From a virus (lineage: Duplodnaviria > Caudoviricetes), in the IMG/VR virus record IMGVR_UViG_3300032246_001650, positions 1 through 53,245 of that record: DNA of 53,245 nucleotides, one strand, 5' to 3'. The translations under genes were made by a program, and so were the position numbers. Shown here piece by piece: positions 1 through 9,945 of this stretch; within the stretch, counting starts at the first letter, position 1; each line of letters begins with the position of its first letter. The notes beneath the pieces are model-generated. The model did no database searches, had not been told where the DNA came from, and saw only the letters and a list, made by a program, of their open reading frames with translations.

Positions 1-16
1 AATCCTGTCCTGACTA
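1..16 (+). ncRNA. 3' end of a tRNA-like repeat element (truncated by window start)
   Basis: AATCCTGTCCTGACTA is identical to the 3' ends of the elements at 142, 25728 and 28998. Confidence 0.75.
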
Positions 17-141
17 CAAAATTAAAATTATGAAAAGACTTAAAGAACTTTTATTTCGTCCATACAGGTTAGATGAATTATTTATAATATCTGGATGTAT
101 TGGTATTGCGGTATTATGTATGTTAGCGATATAGTAAAAAT

Positions 142-227
142 AGTCAGGTGGCGGAATGGTAACGCAATGTTTCTAGACGAAGTTCAGCCGGGGGAGGCTG
201 TTGCAGGTTCGAATCCTGTCCTGACTA
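142..227 (+). ncRNA. tRNA-Leu-like element with degenerate anticodon arm
   Basis: Acceptor AGTCAGG/CCTGACT, Leu-type D arm GGCGGAATGGTAACGC, T arm GCAGG-TTCGAAT-CCTGT, variable stem CAGCC/GGCTG; no pairable anticodon stem. Confidence 0.75.
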
Positions 228-229
228 CT

Positions 230-907
230 ATGAAAAATAGACAAGCAGCATTATTGCTTATAGCAGTATTTGTATTTGGTTTTGTTTTAAGTTACGCGTT
301 GTGGGCTGAACCTAAACAAACCATTACAACACAGGTAAATACACCTGTTGTGGTTGATACAGTAGTATCAGTTAGAGGTAAAAAAGCATTGTTCATTGGT
401 GACTCGCATACCGCCTTTGCTTATGGTTGGCAAGACCAAGTATGTAAGAAAACAGGTATGACCTATTTAAATACATCAGTTGGAGGTAAACAAACGTATT
501 GGATGCTAGAGACAGCTAGAATGAATATGTCCTCAAATTATGATTATTGTTTTATATATGGAGGCGCTAATGATATGGCCGGCAATAGACCGCCTATAAG
601 GTCGGTTAAGAACATTCAACGTATTGTTGACTTGTGTAACATACATGGTGTTAAAGCCGTTGTAATAACTGGATTCGACCCAATTACATGTGTGAACGTT
701 GCTGGGAGGGATCAATATAAAGGTTATCCACAACGTTATGCTAGGTTTCAGCAAATGTTGATTGATTCAATTACTGGCGCGCAAGTAATTAAAACCCATT
801 GTATTTCAAGGACTGATTGTGGAGATTTTTTATGCCACATGACAGCCTCAGGTCATAGGAAAATGGCTGAGGCAGTGATTTCAGGTTGTAAGTTTAAGAA
901 GATTTAA
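230..907 (+). CDS. Membrane-anchored SGNH/GDSL hydrolase
   Basis: FIGDSH block I, GGAND block III, DFLCH block V, N-terminal hydrophobic helix; start moved from 95 to 230 because 142-227 is an RNA element. Confidence 0.8.
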   Translation: MKNRQAALLLIAVFVFGFVLSYALWAEPKQTITTQVNTPVVVDTVVSVRGKKALFIGDSHTAFAYGWQDQVCKKTGMTYLNTSVGGKQTYWMLETARMNMSSNYDYCFIYGGANDMAGNRPPIRSVKNIQRIVDLCNIHGVKAVVITGFDPITCVNVAGRDQYKGYPQRYARFQQMLIDSITGAQVIKTHCISRTDCGDFLCHMTASGHRKMAEAVISGCKFKKI

Positions 908-914
908 GGATGGG

Positions 915-946
915 TTTGGCTTTGTTAAACCTGTTTATTATATTTA
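915..946 (+). promoter_or_regulatory. Bacteroidota-type host-sigma promoter (representative of ~30 copies in the window)
   Basis: TTTG(GC)-N20-TATATTTA; similar copies near 4871, 6212, 9121, 9900, 11291, 16229, 16901, 25621, 26471, 28461, 29102, 29785, 32035, 33544, 34701, 38040, 42154, 43579 and others, each just upstream of a gene or RNA. Confidence 0.85.
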
Positions 947-966
947 TTATATAAGAAATAAAAGTT

Positions 967-1314
967 ATGTTTGTATACAATTTAAGTGAAACGGAGTATT
1001 TGACCTTTAAAACACAACGCGACCATTTTGAATTATATTCAGGTCATGAGGCTGGAGGTGATTTAAAGCGAATAGCTATTTATCGAGGTGGTAAGTGGTT
1101 GTTTGAGAGTTATGACCAACAAAAATTATTTTGGTTTTTGTTTAATATGTTTAAAAAACAATTTGGTAAGGCAATGAAGGCTTATGTTAGGTCTTTAAAT
1201 GAGAAACCTAAAACATATGTTATTGTTTGTGCTAAACGTAGAATTGATATTAAGGTACAGAAATTGAAACGTGATTGGGATAATTGGTTTTATAATTTCT
1301 TTTATAGTAGATAA
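967..1314 (+). CDS. Hypothetical protein
   Basis: ORF directly after promoter with AAAGTT-ATG start context. Confidence 0.7.
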   Translation: MFVYNLSETEYLTFKTQRDHFELYSGHEAGGDLKRIAIYRGGKWLFESYDQQKLFWFLFNMFKKQFGKAMKAYVRSLNEKPKTYVIVCAKRRIDIKVQKLKRDWDNWFYNFFYSR

Positions 1315-1461
1315 TATGCCTTGGTACGATAGATATTTTTTCCCAATTTTTTATACGGGAGTAGCAGTTATTATAGGTTTGAGTGTTGGTTCTTATTTTA
1401 AGAAACCTAAACCAAAAAAAGCAAACTTTAAAGTTGAAATTAAATATAAAGATACAATAAA

Positions 1462-2283
1462 ATGAAAAAATTAATAATTATGTTAATGATGCTATTTACC
1501 GGAATGGTAAATGCTCAATGTGACTTTAGTAGTGTAAAGTTACAACAATGGAATCAAGGTGTTCAATACAAATGGTATTTGTCTGGATGGGATTATGATT
1601 CATGTAAAGACTATATGTTTATGGTTTATACAGCCAAAACTAAAAAAATTGATACTATTCAAGATATTAAAGGTATTGTTCAAATTAGTTTTAATGAACC
1701 AGGTGAGTATAAACTTTATGTTAAACTATGGGACAAATGTAATAAATGTGATACTGCTTTAGTTAGATGGGTAAATATTGTTGCTTGGGCGCCTAAAGCT
1801 AGCATGTGGGGTAAGAAAGTAACTTGTGATTCGGCTGTATTTGAATTGACTGCTATGAATTTAAAAGATACTTGTTGGAGTTATTATTATTATATTTATA
1901 ATGGACCTGAACTAGATAGTATAACTGATGGTAATTTTGATACTTTAACTGATTATCAGTTGTATATGTACTATGGTTTCTATGATTCAGACTTACAATT
2001 AAATGAGGAAACAAGAGTGTTAAGATATAAGTTTCCTAAAAATGGTAAATACTTAGTTATTGGACAATACTATAATAAATGTTTAAATCAAGATACAGTA
2101 TTCTTCCAACGATATAATATTAAATGTAATACTAACGCCGTAACACCGTTTATTAAATCAGAACCTAAATTAGTTGGTGTATATGACATTATGGGAAGAC
2201 CAGTCGCTTATATACGTAAAAATGAAGTATTGATTTATATTTACAATGATGGTACTACTCGTAAAATGATTATCAATGAATGA
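1462..2283 (+). CDS. Secreted PKD-like protein with Bacteroidota C-terminal sorting-type tail
   Basis: Signal peptide MKKLIIMLMMLFTGMVNAQ; FNEPGEYKL PKD-like motif; C-terminal VYDIMGRPV...IYNDGTTRKMII. Confidence 0.65.
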   Translation: MKKLIIMLMMLFTGMVNAQCDFSSVKLQQWNQGVQYKWYLSGWDYDSCKDYMFMVYTAKTKKIDTIQDIKGIVQISFNEPGEYKLYVKLWDKCNKCDTALVRWVNIVAWAPKASMWGKKVTCDSAVFELTAMNLKDTCWSYYYYIYNGPELDSITDGNFDTLTDYQLYMYYGFYDSDLQLNEETRVLRYKFPKNGKYLVIGQYYNKCLNQDTVFFQRYNIKCNTNAVTPFIKSEPKLVGVYDIMGRPVAYIRKNEVLIYIYNDGTTRKMIINE

Positions 2284-2475
2284 TTTAGATAATGTAGATT
2301 TATTCTCTTTTATAGATGATTCAGTAAAAGAATTTTATGGAATTAATGAAGAGGAATATGTGTTTATTTTAGATAATGCTACAGATGAGGAAATTGATAT
2401 TTTATGTGAGTGTATTATAAGTGAAGAAGATATTAAAGATCAAGGTTTTCAAATAGTAAAAAAGTATATTAAAAA

Positions 2476-2589
2476 ATGAATCATTTAGATAAAGAATATC
2501 AACAATTACTTCAAGACATTATTGAGTTTGGAGTAGATAAAAATGATCGAACAGGGACTGGTACTAAGATTTCTTTTATTAACCACTAA
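2476..2589 (+). pseudogene. thyA: Orphan 5' fragment of thymidylate synthase
   Basis: Translates MNHLDKEYQQLLQDIIEFGVDKNDRTGTGTKISFINH*; DRTGTGT is the canonical ThyA N-terminal motif. Confidence 0.85.
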
Positions 2590-2618
2590 AAAAACAAGTC
2601 CTGTGTATATTTATAATC

Positions 2619-3290
2619 ATGATAGGAATATATAAAATCACAAATCCTGAAGGTAAAATATATATAGGACAATCTATTGATATAGATAGACGCTTTAAAG
2701 AATATAAACGATTACAAAAAAGAAGTGCTGGAAGAAAAATAATGAGTTCTCTTAAAAAATTTGGTTCTGAAAAACATACTTTTGAAATTATTGAAGAATG
2801 TCTAATAACACAATTACATGAAAGAGAATATTATTGGAAAAAATACTATGCATCAGTAGAAAATGGTTTAAATTGTGATTATTTTGATAATAGTGGAGGA
2901 CCTAGAAGTGAAGAAACAAAACGTAAAATTTCTGAAGGAGCTAAAGGTAAAAAACGGTCTGAAGAAACAAAACAAAAACTTAAAAAACCTAAAACAGAAG
3001 AACATAAACAAAATATAAGTAAATCAAAACAAAATATATCTGAAGAAACAAAACGTAAAATTTCTGAGGGTAAAAAAGGAAAAACACCTAATAGGGATTA
3101 TAAAAAATGGGCTAAAACAAGAACAAATCCTATTCTTCAATATGATTTAGATGGAAATTTTATTAGAGAATGGGAAGGAACAAAAGCTGCAGCTTTATAT
3201 TTAGGTTGTGATCCTACTACTATAACAGCAAATTTAAGAGGAATAACAAAAAAAGGATACGGTTTTATATGGAAAAGAAAAATAATTTAG
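2619..3290 (+). mobile_element. GIY-YIG homing endonuclease with NUMOD3/NUMOD1-like repeats
   Basis: GIYKITN...IYIGQS; repeated SEETKRKISE; C-terminal ILQYDLDGNFIREW. Confidence 0.92.
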
Positions 3291-4633
3291 ATCCACAATA
3301 TAATAATTTATTGAAGGATATTTTAGAAAATGGAATTAAAAAACAAACCAGAAATGGAGAAGTAATTTCAGTATTTGGAAGACAAATTCGACATAGTATG
3401 TCAGATGGGTTCCCTCTTTTAACAGGGAAAAAGATGTTTTTTAAAGGTATTATAACTGAATTATTATGGTTCTTGAAAGGTGAAACAAATATCAAATATT
3501 TAGTTGATAATGATTGTCATATTTGGGATGGTGATGCTTATAAGAACTATATGCAACAATACAATGTGGTAGATGCTGAGGAATATTCTAAAGGATATGA
3601 GGACCAATGTTGGGGATACCCTGTATTAGACCACGTTAAACCAACAACTGCTTCATATAAGCGAGGTCAAATAAATGCTTATTTAGAAGGTAAAGCTGAT
3701 AAACCTTTTTTTTATTTAACACAAGAAGAATTTATCAACAAAATTAAAACAGATGATAAGTTTGCTAAAAAGTGGGGTGAGTTAGGTCCTATCTATGGTA
3801 AGCAGTGGAGAAGTTGGGAGACTTTTACTTATGATGATTATGCAAATAGACCTAAATGGGTGAAGGATGATCCAATAGACCAAATTCAAAACCTAATCAA
3901 CGACCTTAAAACAAATCCAGACTCAAGACGATTGATGGTTAGTGCTTGGAATGTAGGTGAATTAGACCAAATGGTTCTCCCACCTTGTCATTATGGATTT
4001 CAAGTTTATACAAGAGAGTTGAGTTTGGATGAGAGAAATGAATTATTAAATAAAGTATTAAACCGCAACCATAAAAGAGAAAATTGTTTTAGTGATGAAG
4101 AATTTGAAAGGGAAACATTAAAAGATTGTAACACATTCAATATCCCAACACGAGCAATCTCTTTAATGTGGAATCAACGTTCAGTAGATACATTCTTAGG
4201 TTTACCATTCAACATTGCTTCTTATGGTTTATTACTTGAAATCATTGCTAAGGAAGTTAACATGGTTCCTGATCAGTTGATTGGTAATCTAGGTGATGTT
4301 CATCTGTATTCAAACCATATTGAACAAGCTAAAGAACAAATTGGTAGAGAATTAACAATCGATGAGAGAATGGATTGGTGGTTTGAAAATAAAAAACCAA
4401 ATAGAGATATTTGTGATCATGTTGACGAGCAATCACCTTACGGTAAAGGAGTTTATTTTGATTCTGTAGGAGTACCTAAAACAACAAGAGAACCATTCCC
4501 ATTACCTAAATTAATTATTAATTCCAATAATGAAATGAGAATAGGTGGAGGAATTTTTACTTATGTAAATACCGACTTTACTTTAGAAAATTATCAAGCA
4601 CATCCAGCAATTAAAGCCCCTTTATCTAACTAA
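3269..4633 (+). CDS. thyA: Thymidylate synthase with large insertions
   Basis: ELLWFLKG, LGPIYGKQWR, DSRR, LPPCH catalytic Cys, QRSVD..LGLPFNIASY, DVHLYSNH. Confidence 0.97.
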   Translation: MEKKNNLDPQYNNLLKDILENGIKKQTRNGEVISVFGRQIRHSMSDGFPLLTGKKMFFKGIITELLWFLKGETNIKYLVDNDCHIWDGDAYKNYMQQYNVVDAEEYSKGYEDQCWGYPVLDHVKPTTASYKRGQINAYLEGKADKPFFYLTQEEFINKIKTDDKFAKKWGELGPIYGKQWRSWETFTYDDYANRPKWVKDDPIDQIQNLINDLKTNPDSRRLMVSAWNVGELDQMVLPPCHYGFQVYTRELSLDERNELLNKVLNRNHKRENCFSDEEFERETLKDCNTFNIPTRAISLMWNQRSVDTFLGLPFNIASYGLLLEIIAKEVNMVPDQLIGNLGDVHLYSNHIEQAKEQIGRELTIDERMDWWFENKKPNRDICDHVDEQSPYGKGVYFDSVGVPKTTREPFPLPKLIINSNNEMRIGGGIFTYVNTDFTLENYQAHPAIKAPLSN

Positions 4634-4906
4634 TTATGAATTATACTAATGTTGCTACGATTGAAGAGTATAGTAGACCAATTGCTGCCTCATGTGATTG
4701 GGATGCGTTACTTGATTTGATAGATGATTATTTTGGTCCTGAAAGTAAACGATTAGGATGGTATGTTAATAATGCTAAGTACCCTGATGCTTATGTTGGT
4801 TACTTTGAGTATAGAGATAGTTATGGTGATGTTGTTGAAGTAAAAGTTTACGAGGTAGATTTTAAATAGGTTTGGCCCTCTAAATTCAAGATGTTATATT
4901 TACGTT

Positions 4907-5125
4907 ATGGAAAAAGGTAATAAAAGTTCTGTTAGTCTAAGTTTAGGTACTATTGTATTTTTGATTTTTTTAACACTTAAATTATCCGGACTTGGGGTTG
5001 TTGCTACTTGGTCTTGGTGGTGGGTTACATCTCCTTTATGGATTGGTTTTGCTATTACTTTATTTATTATTGGATTAGCAAGTTTTATTTTAATGATGAG
5101 AGATATTTTTAATTTATTTAAATAA
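4907..5125 (+). CDS. Small membrane protein (WSWWWV type)
   Basis: Two hydrophobic segments around WSWWWVTSPLW. Confidence 0.7.
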   Translation: MEKGNKSSVSLSLGTIVFLIFLTLKLSGLGVVATWSWWWVTSPLWIGFAITLFIIGLASFILMMRDIFNLFK

Positions 5126-5358
5126 TGACTAAAGTACCTGATTTAGATTTACATGGTGTTAAGCATGAGGATGCTATGATGATAGTAGAAGAATGGTCTG
5201 TGTTATGGGATTATCGAGTACCAGCATTTACTGGAAAAATCATTACAGGTAATAGTCAAAGAATGAGAGTATTAGCTGAGATGGCTTTACGTAAAAATAA
5301 ATTTGATTACAGATTACTAAATGAGAATGTAATTATTGTAGTAGGTAAATATAAATAA
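5125..5358 (+). CDS. Stand-alone Smr-domain-like protein
   Basis: LDLHG...IITG motifs typical of Smr domains. Confidence 0.65.
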   Translation: MTKVPDLDLHGVKHEDAMMIVEEWSVLWDYRVPAFTGKIITGNSQRMRVLAEMALRKNKFDYRLLNENVIIVVGKYK

Positions 5359-5361
5359 GTT

Positions 5362-5661
5362 ATGGCTAAAAGATTATCCAGAGAACAAAAAAAAGAAAAA
5401 GCAGTTGTTGATCTAATCAACCAAATGTTTATTATTGCCGGCCACGATGTTACCTATGATGATATTTTAGGTAAAGAAAAATGGTTTCAGGAATACTCAA
5501 TGACGGTTCAGCAAGCAGAAGAATTTAAAAAATGGGGTAAAAAATACCTTATGAAGGAACTTAGAATGTACGCTAAGGCAGCAGAAAGAGAAATGATGTG
5601 GTTTAATTTACAATATGGTTTAACTTATTCAAATTGGGAGGAATATGGAAAAGAAATATAA
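5362..5661 (+). CDS. Hypothetical protein
   Basis: 99-aa ORF tightly packed in operon. Confidence 0.7.
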   Translation: MAKRLSREQKKEKAVVDLINQMFIIAGHDVTYDDILGKEKWFQEYSMTVQQAEEFKKWGKKYLMKELRMYAKAAEREMMWFNLQYGLTYSNWEEYGKEI

Positions 5662-6211
5662 CAATTGGTATTGGAAACTATACAGATGGTTCAAATGGGA
5701 TGCTAAACATTTCCATAGAGATATAGCTCAAGGATTTAGAAATCTTTGGAAATGGTTCCCTATTATTTGGAAAGATAGAGACTGGGATGATCATTTTATT
5801 TTTGAAGCATTAAAATTCAAACTTAAAAACACTGCTGATTACTTTCAAAAACATCAACGTTTTGTAGGTTGGGAGGATGAGGTTAAATATATTAGAATTT
5901 GTGAAAAACTAATTAAACGAATCCAAGATGATTATTACCAAATGGAATATCTTGATGAAAAGTATTTAATCGAAAAAATGAGAATTGGAGAGGATGGTAT
6001 ACTTAAATTTGATACAATTAAAGATAACTTAGAGGAATACATTAATCAACATCCAAAAACAAAAGAAAAAGTATTATCATCTGAGAAATATAAAACATAC
6101 TTACATACAAATAATGGAATTGCTTTAGCTATAGGAATTGAGCGTCATTTAAAAGCCCGTAAGTTGTTATTTAAAATTATGGAAGAGAAAATTGAGTCGT
6201 GGTGGGACTAG
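5645..6211 (+). CDS. Conserved-type phage hypothetical protein (Trp-rich)
   Basis: 188-aa ORF with WKDRDWD motif and C-terminal WWD. Confidence 0.7.
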   Translation: MEKKYNNWYWKLYRWFKWDAKHFHRDIAQGFRNLWKWFPIIWKDRDWDDHFIFEALKFKLKNTADYFQKHQRFVGWEDEVKYIRICEKLIKRIQDDYYQMEYLDEKYLIEKMRIGEDGILKFDTIKDNLEEYINQHPKTKEKVLSSEKYKTYLHTNNGIALAIGIERHLKARKLLFKIMEEKIESWWD

Positions 6212-6259
6212 TTTGGCTCATTAAAAAATTATTATTATATTAATATAAATAAATAAGTT

Positions 6260-7114
6260 ATGTTACATTTAAATTTAGTAAACCAAGAAAAATCAGACAT
6301 CAAATACAAAATCAGTAAGTTTCCTGATGGGCAACAATCAGTTGATTTAGTGAGAGGTACAGTAAATGTTATAAATTATATTAGAATTGAAACCAGATTA
6401 AATTCATTTTCTGATTTAGAAATTTTAATTTGTGCTACTAAAGCACTTAGGAATATGACAACTAAACCAATTTCACTTTATGTTCCTTATTTCTTGGGTT
6501 CACGTTCAGATAGAAAGTTTGTTGAAGGTGGAGTTAATTATTTAAAAGAGGTAATTTGTCCTATTATTAATTCATTAGATTTTGCAACTGTTGAAGTATT
6601 AGATCCTCATTCAGATGTATTAGAGGCATGTCTAAACAATTACGTTAAACATTCAAACTTTTATTTAGTTAAACAAGCTTTAACCCAAATTGATAATAAA
6701 GATGGAGCTAGAGATAGAGTATGTTTAGTAAGTCCTGATGCGGGAGCATACAAGAAAATATTTGATGTGGCCCAAAAATTTAACATTAACAATGTTGCTA
6801 CAGCTACTAAAGTTAGAGATTTAAAAACAGGACAAATTTTACATACTGAAGTTCCTAATCTACCAGTTAGTACAACTGATGAAGAATTAAAGTATGTTAT
6901 CATAGATGATATCTGTGATGGTGGTAGAACATTTGTTGAATTAGCTAAAGCAATTCAAAATCAAAGACCAAATGCTAAACTTTATTTAGTTGTTACTCAT
7001 GGTATTTTTAGTGCTGGATTTGATGAACTAAGTAAATGGTTTGAAGGTATTTATACCACTGACTCATATAAAGATATTGATAACGAATTAGTAAAACAAG
7101 TAAGCGTATTTTAA
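6260..7114 (+). CDS. Ribose-phosphate pyrophosphokinase-like protein (Adps-like)
   Basis: FPDG, PYFLGSRSDR, DPHS, SPDAGA, IIDDICDGGRTF PRTase loop, VTHGIFS. Confidence 0.93.
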   Translation: MLHLNLVNQEKSDIKYKISKFPDGQQSVDLVRGTVNVINYIRIETRLNSFSDLEILICATKALRNMTTKPISLYVPYFLGSRSDRKFVEGGVNYLKEVICPIINSLDFATVEVLDPHSDVLEACLNNYVKHSNFYLVKQALTQIDNKDGARDRVCLVSPDAGAYKKIFDVAQKFNINNVATATKVRDLKTGQILHTEVPNLPVSTTDEELKYVIIDDICDGGRTFVELAKAIQNQRPNAKLYLVVTHGIFSAGFDELSKWFEGIYTTDSYKDIDNELVKQVSVF

Positions 7115-7115
7115 C

Positions 7116-7589
7116 ATGAATATAATTAAACCAGACTCAGGATATGATGCTATTTATACTGATACAAAAGTATTTTTAGCCGGATCAATTGAAATGGGGG
7201 TTGCTGAGGATTGGCAATCAGTAGTACCTAAACATTTTGAAGACAAAGCAAACTTAGTATTTTATAATCCTCGTAGAGATGATTGGGATTCATCTTGGGA
7301 ACAAAAAGAATCAAACCCACAATTCAATCATCAAGTTAATTGGGAGTTAGATAAATTAGGCAAATCAAATTATATTTTTATGTATTTCTCTCCAGAAACT
7401 AAAAGCCCAATTAGTTTATTGGAATTAGGACTATTTTTACGTAAAAATAATATGATAGTTTGCTGTCCTGAAGGATTTTGGAGAAAAGGAAATGTAGACA
7501 TTGTATGTACTAGAGCAGGGGTACGTGTTTCTAATACATTAGAAGAAGCAATAGGTAGACTTAGAACATTTTTAAGAAATGTAGAATAA
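7116..7589 (+). CDS. Nucleoside 2-deoxyribosyltransferase-like protein
   Basis: VFLAGSI, NPRR, QVNWE, SPISLLELG motifs. Confidence 0.8.
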   Translation: MNIIKPDSGYDAIYTDTKVFLAGSIEMGVAEDWQSVVPKHFEDKANLVFYNPRRDDWDSSWEQKESNPQFNHQVNWELDKLGKSNYIFMYFSPETKSPISLLELGLFLRKNNMIVCCPEGFWRKGNVDIVCTRAGVRVSNTLEEAIGRLRTFLRNVE

Positions 7590-7645
7590 AAATTTAATTT
7601 TTTAAAAAATTATTCGTATATTAAGGTTATAAAAAAAATAGAAAT

Positions 7646-9097
7646 ATGAATCCACTATTATTAACGGATGGCTATAAAACAGGCCACCACCAACAATACC
7701 CAAAAGGAACCACTTTGGTTTATTCAAACTTCACTCCACGTTCAAATAAATATGCTCCTAAAGGATGTAATGAAGTAGTTGTGTTTGGCACACAAATGGT
7801 AATGCAACAATTACATGAAGCGTTTCAAAATGATTTCTTTAGTAGACCTAAAGATGAAGTGTGTGGAGAAATGAAACGTGAGTTGTCTATGTATTTAGGT
7901 ACTGATTATGATGTTTCACATTTTGAAGCATTACATGATTTAGGTTATTTGCCTATTTGTGTTAAAGCATTACCTGAAGGTACTAAAGTGCCTATGAAAG
8001 TTCCTGTATTAACTATCTATAATACAGTACCTGAGTTTTATTGGGTTACAAATTATTTAGAGACTATCTTGTCTAACTTGTTGTGGAAGCCAATGACATC
8101 AGCTACTATTGCTCATCAATATAGAAAAGTATTGACTAAATGGATGGAGAAAACAGACGCTGAAAGAGCATGGTTTATTGATTGGCAGGGCCATGACTTC
8201 TCAATGAGGGGTATGGATTCAGTTGATGCTGTTATTAGTTCAGGTTTAGGTCACTTAACTTCATTCTTGGGATCAGATTCATTACCTACTATTTATGGTG
8301 CTAGAAAGTATTATAATGCTGAAGGTATGGTATGTGGTTCTGTAAACGCTACTGAACATAGTGTAATGTGTGCTGGTGGTAAAGAAGATGAAGTAGAAAC
8401 ATTCAGAAGATTGTTAGAAACTTATCCAACAGGTATTTTATCAGTTGTATCTGATACTTGGGACTTATGGAAAGTATGTACTGAGCATGTAGTTACTTTG
8501 AAAGAAGAAATTATGGCTCGTAATGGTAAGTTGGTTATTCGTCCTGATAGTGGTGATCCGGTTGATATTATTTGTGGTGAATCTAATTCAAATGTAGCTA
8601 CCACACCACAAAATAAAGGTGTTATCCAATTACTTTGGGATGCATTTGGAGGAACAGTTAATGAACAAGGTTATAAAGTTCTTGATAGTCACATTGGAGC
8701 TATTTATGGTGATTCAATTACTATTGATAGAGCAGAAGAAATTTGTAAGCGTTTAGAAGCTAAAGGATTCGCTTCAACAAACGTAGTATTAGGTATTGGT
8801 TCATTTACTTACCAATATAACACTAGAGATACATTTGGATTTGCTATGAAAGCAACTTATGTAGAGGTAAATGGTGAAGGTAGAGAGATTTTCAAAGATC
8901 CTATTACTGATGATGGAACTAAAAAATCAGCAACTGGTTTGTTAGCTGTGTTTAGAGATGACAATAATGGTGCCTACCAGTTACATGACCATTGTGATTG
9001 GAATACTGAAGAAAAAGGTGAGTTACAAGTTATTTACAATAACGGTCATTTTAAAAATGTAACCACATTAGAGGAAATTAGAAACCGTTTGAAATAA
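7646..9097 (+). CDS. Nicotinamide phosphoribosyltransferase-like protein (Namat/NadV-like)
   Basis: TDGYK, HDFSMRG, ATEHSVM, SVVSDTWD, IRPDSGDP, IYGDSI, RDTFGFAMK, KDPITD..KKS. Confidence 0.95.
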   Translation: MNPLLLTDGYKTGHHQQYPKGTTLVYSNFTPRSNKYAPKGCNEVVVFGTQMVMQQLHEAFQNDFFSRPKDEVCGEMKRELSMYLGTDYDVSHFEALHDLGYLPICVKALPEGTKVPMKVPVLTIYNTVPEFYWVTNYLETILSNLLWKPMTSATIAHQYRKVLTKWMEKTDAERAWFIDWQGHDFSMRGMDSVDAVISSGLGHLTSFLGSDSLPTIYGARKYYNAEGMVCGSVNATEHSVMCAGGKEDEVETFRRLLETYPTGILSVVSDTWDLWKVCTEHVVTLKEEIMARNGKLVIRPDSGDPVDIICGESNSNVATTPQNKGVIQLLWDAFGGTVNEQGYKVLDSHIGAIYGDSITIDRAEEICKRLEAKGFASTNVVLGIGSFTYQYNTRDTFGFAMKATYVEVNGEGREIFKDPITDDGTKKSATGLLAVFRDDNNGAYQLHDHCDWNTEEKGELQVIYNNGHFKNVTTLEEIRNRLK

Positions 9098-9114
9098 GAT
9101 ACATACTTGACAAT

Positions 9115-9141
9115 GAGGGGTTTGGCTATCCAAACCCTTCT
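9115..9141 (+). terminator. Hairpin overlapping the -33 box of the next promoter
   Basis: GGGTTTGG-CTAT-CCAAACCC inverted repeat; the same design occurs at ~14710, ~19539 and ~33539. Confidence 0.6.
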
Positions 9142-9175
9142 TGTTATATTTATCTCATAATAAGAAATAAAAGTT

Positions 9176-9898
9176 ATGCCAAGAATTTATAAAGTAGGTG
9201 GTTGTGTTAGAGATAGATTATTAGGGATTGAATCTAAAGACATTGATTTTACATTTGTAGTTGATGATGTAAAAATGAGTGTTGATGATGGTTTCGTTTC
9301 AATGTACAAGTATTTGTCTGATGAAGGATTTACTATTTTCTTATCAACACCTGAATGTTTTACTATTAGAGCTAAGTTTCCTATGAACCACCCAAATGAA
9401 GGTATGGTAGCTGATTTTGTATTAGCTCGTAAAGAAGTAGGATATGTTGAAGGCACTAGGAGACCAATTTTAGAATTAGGTACTTTAGAAGATGATTTAA
9501 GACGTAGAGACTTTACCTTAAATGCTTTAGCTGAAGATGAAGATGGAAACATTATAGATTTGTTTGGTGGAATTGAAGATTTGAAACGTGGTTATTTAAG
9601 AACTCCACTACCATGTACTGATACTTTTAATGATGATCCACTTAGAATTTTAAGAGCAATTCGTTTTTGTATTACTAAAGGATTTTGGATTGGACCAGCA
9701 ATGGATGGCATTATTCAAGATTATGATTATGAAACTAAAATGCATGTAGTGTCTATGCAGCGTATTAGAGAAGAATTGTATAAGTGTTTCAAACATGATA
9801 CTCTAAAAACACTTAAAACACTACATGAGTATCCAGCATTGAGAAATTATATTTTCCAATCATGTGAGTTGTGGTTGAAGCCAACTTTTGAACAATAG
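9176..9898 (+). CDS. cca: tRNA nucleotidyltransferase (CCA-adding / poly(A) polymerase family)
   Basis: VGGCVRD..LG..SKDIDF, DLRRRDFTLNALA, DDPLRILRAIRF, RIREEL. Confidence 0.9.
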   Translation: MPRIYKVGGCVRDRLLGIESKDIDFTFVVDDVKMSVDDGFVSMYKYLSDEGFTIFLSTPECFTIRAKFPMNHPNEGMVADFVLARKEVGYVEGTRRPILELGTLEDDLRRRDFTLNALAEDEDGNIIDLFGGIEDLKRGYLRTPLPCTDTFNDDPLRILRAIRFCITKGFWIGPAMDGIIQDYDYETKMHVVSMQRIREELYKCFKHDTLKTLKTLHEYPALRNYIFQSCELWLKPTFEQ

Positions 9899-9945
9899 GT
9901 TTGGCTTCATCACCCTCAAATGTTATATTAATATAAATAAGAGTT

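Noticed and set aside
166-185. Possible amber-suppressor tRNA (TTCTAGA loop, CTA) and stop-codon recoding
   Set aside because: The flanks do not form an anticodon stem. Conserved genes are intact in the standard code, and TAG/TGA terminate genes normally (e.g. 9898, 12118).
2905-3075. Direct repeat GAAGAAACAAAACGTAAAATTTCTGA
   Set aside because: Explained by NUMOD3-type peptide repeats within the endonuclease.
2476-3300. Group I intron in thyA
   Set aside because: There is no space or sequence for an intron core around the endonuclease, and the downstream gene has its own complete N-terminus.
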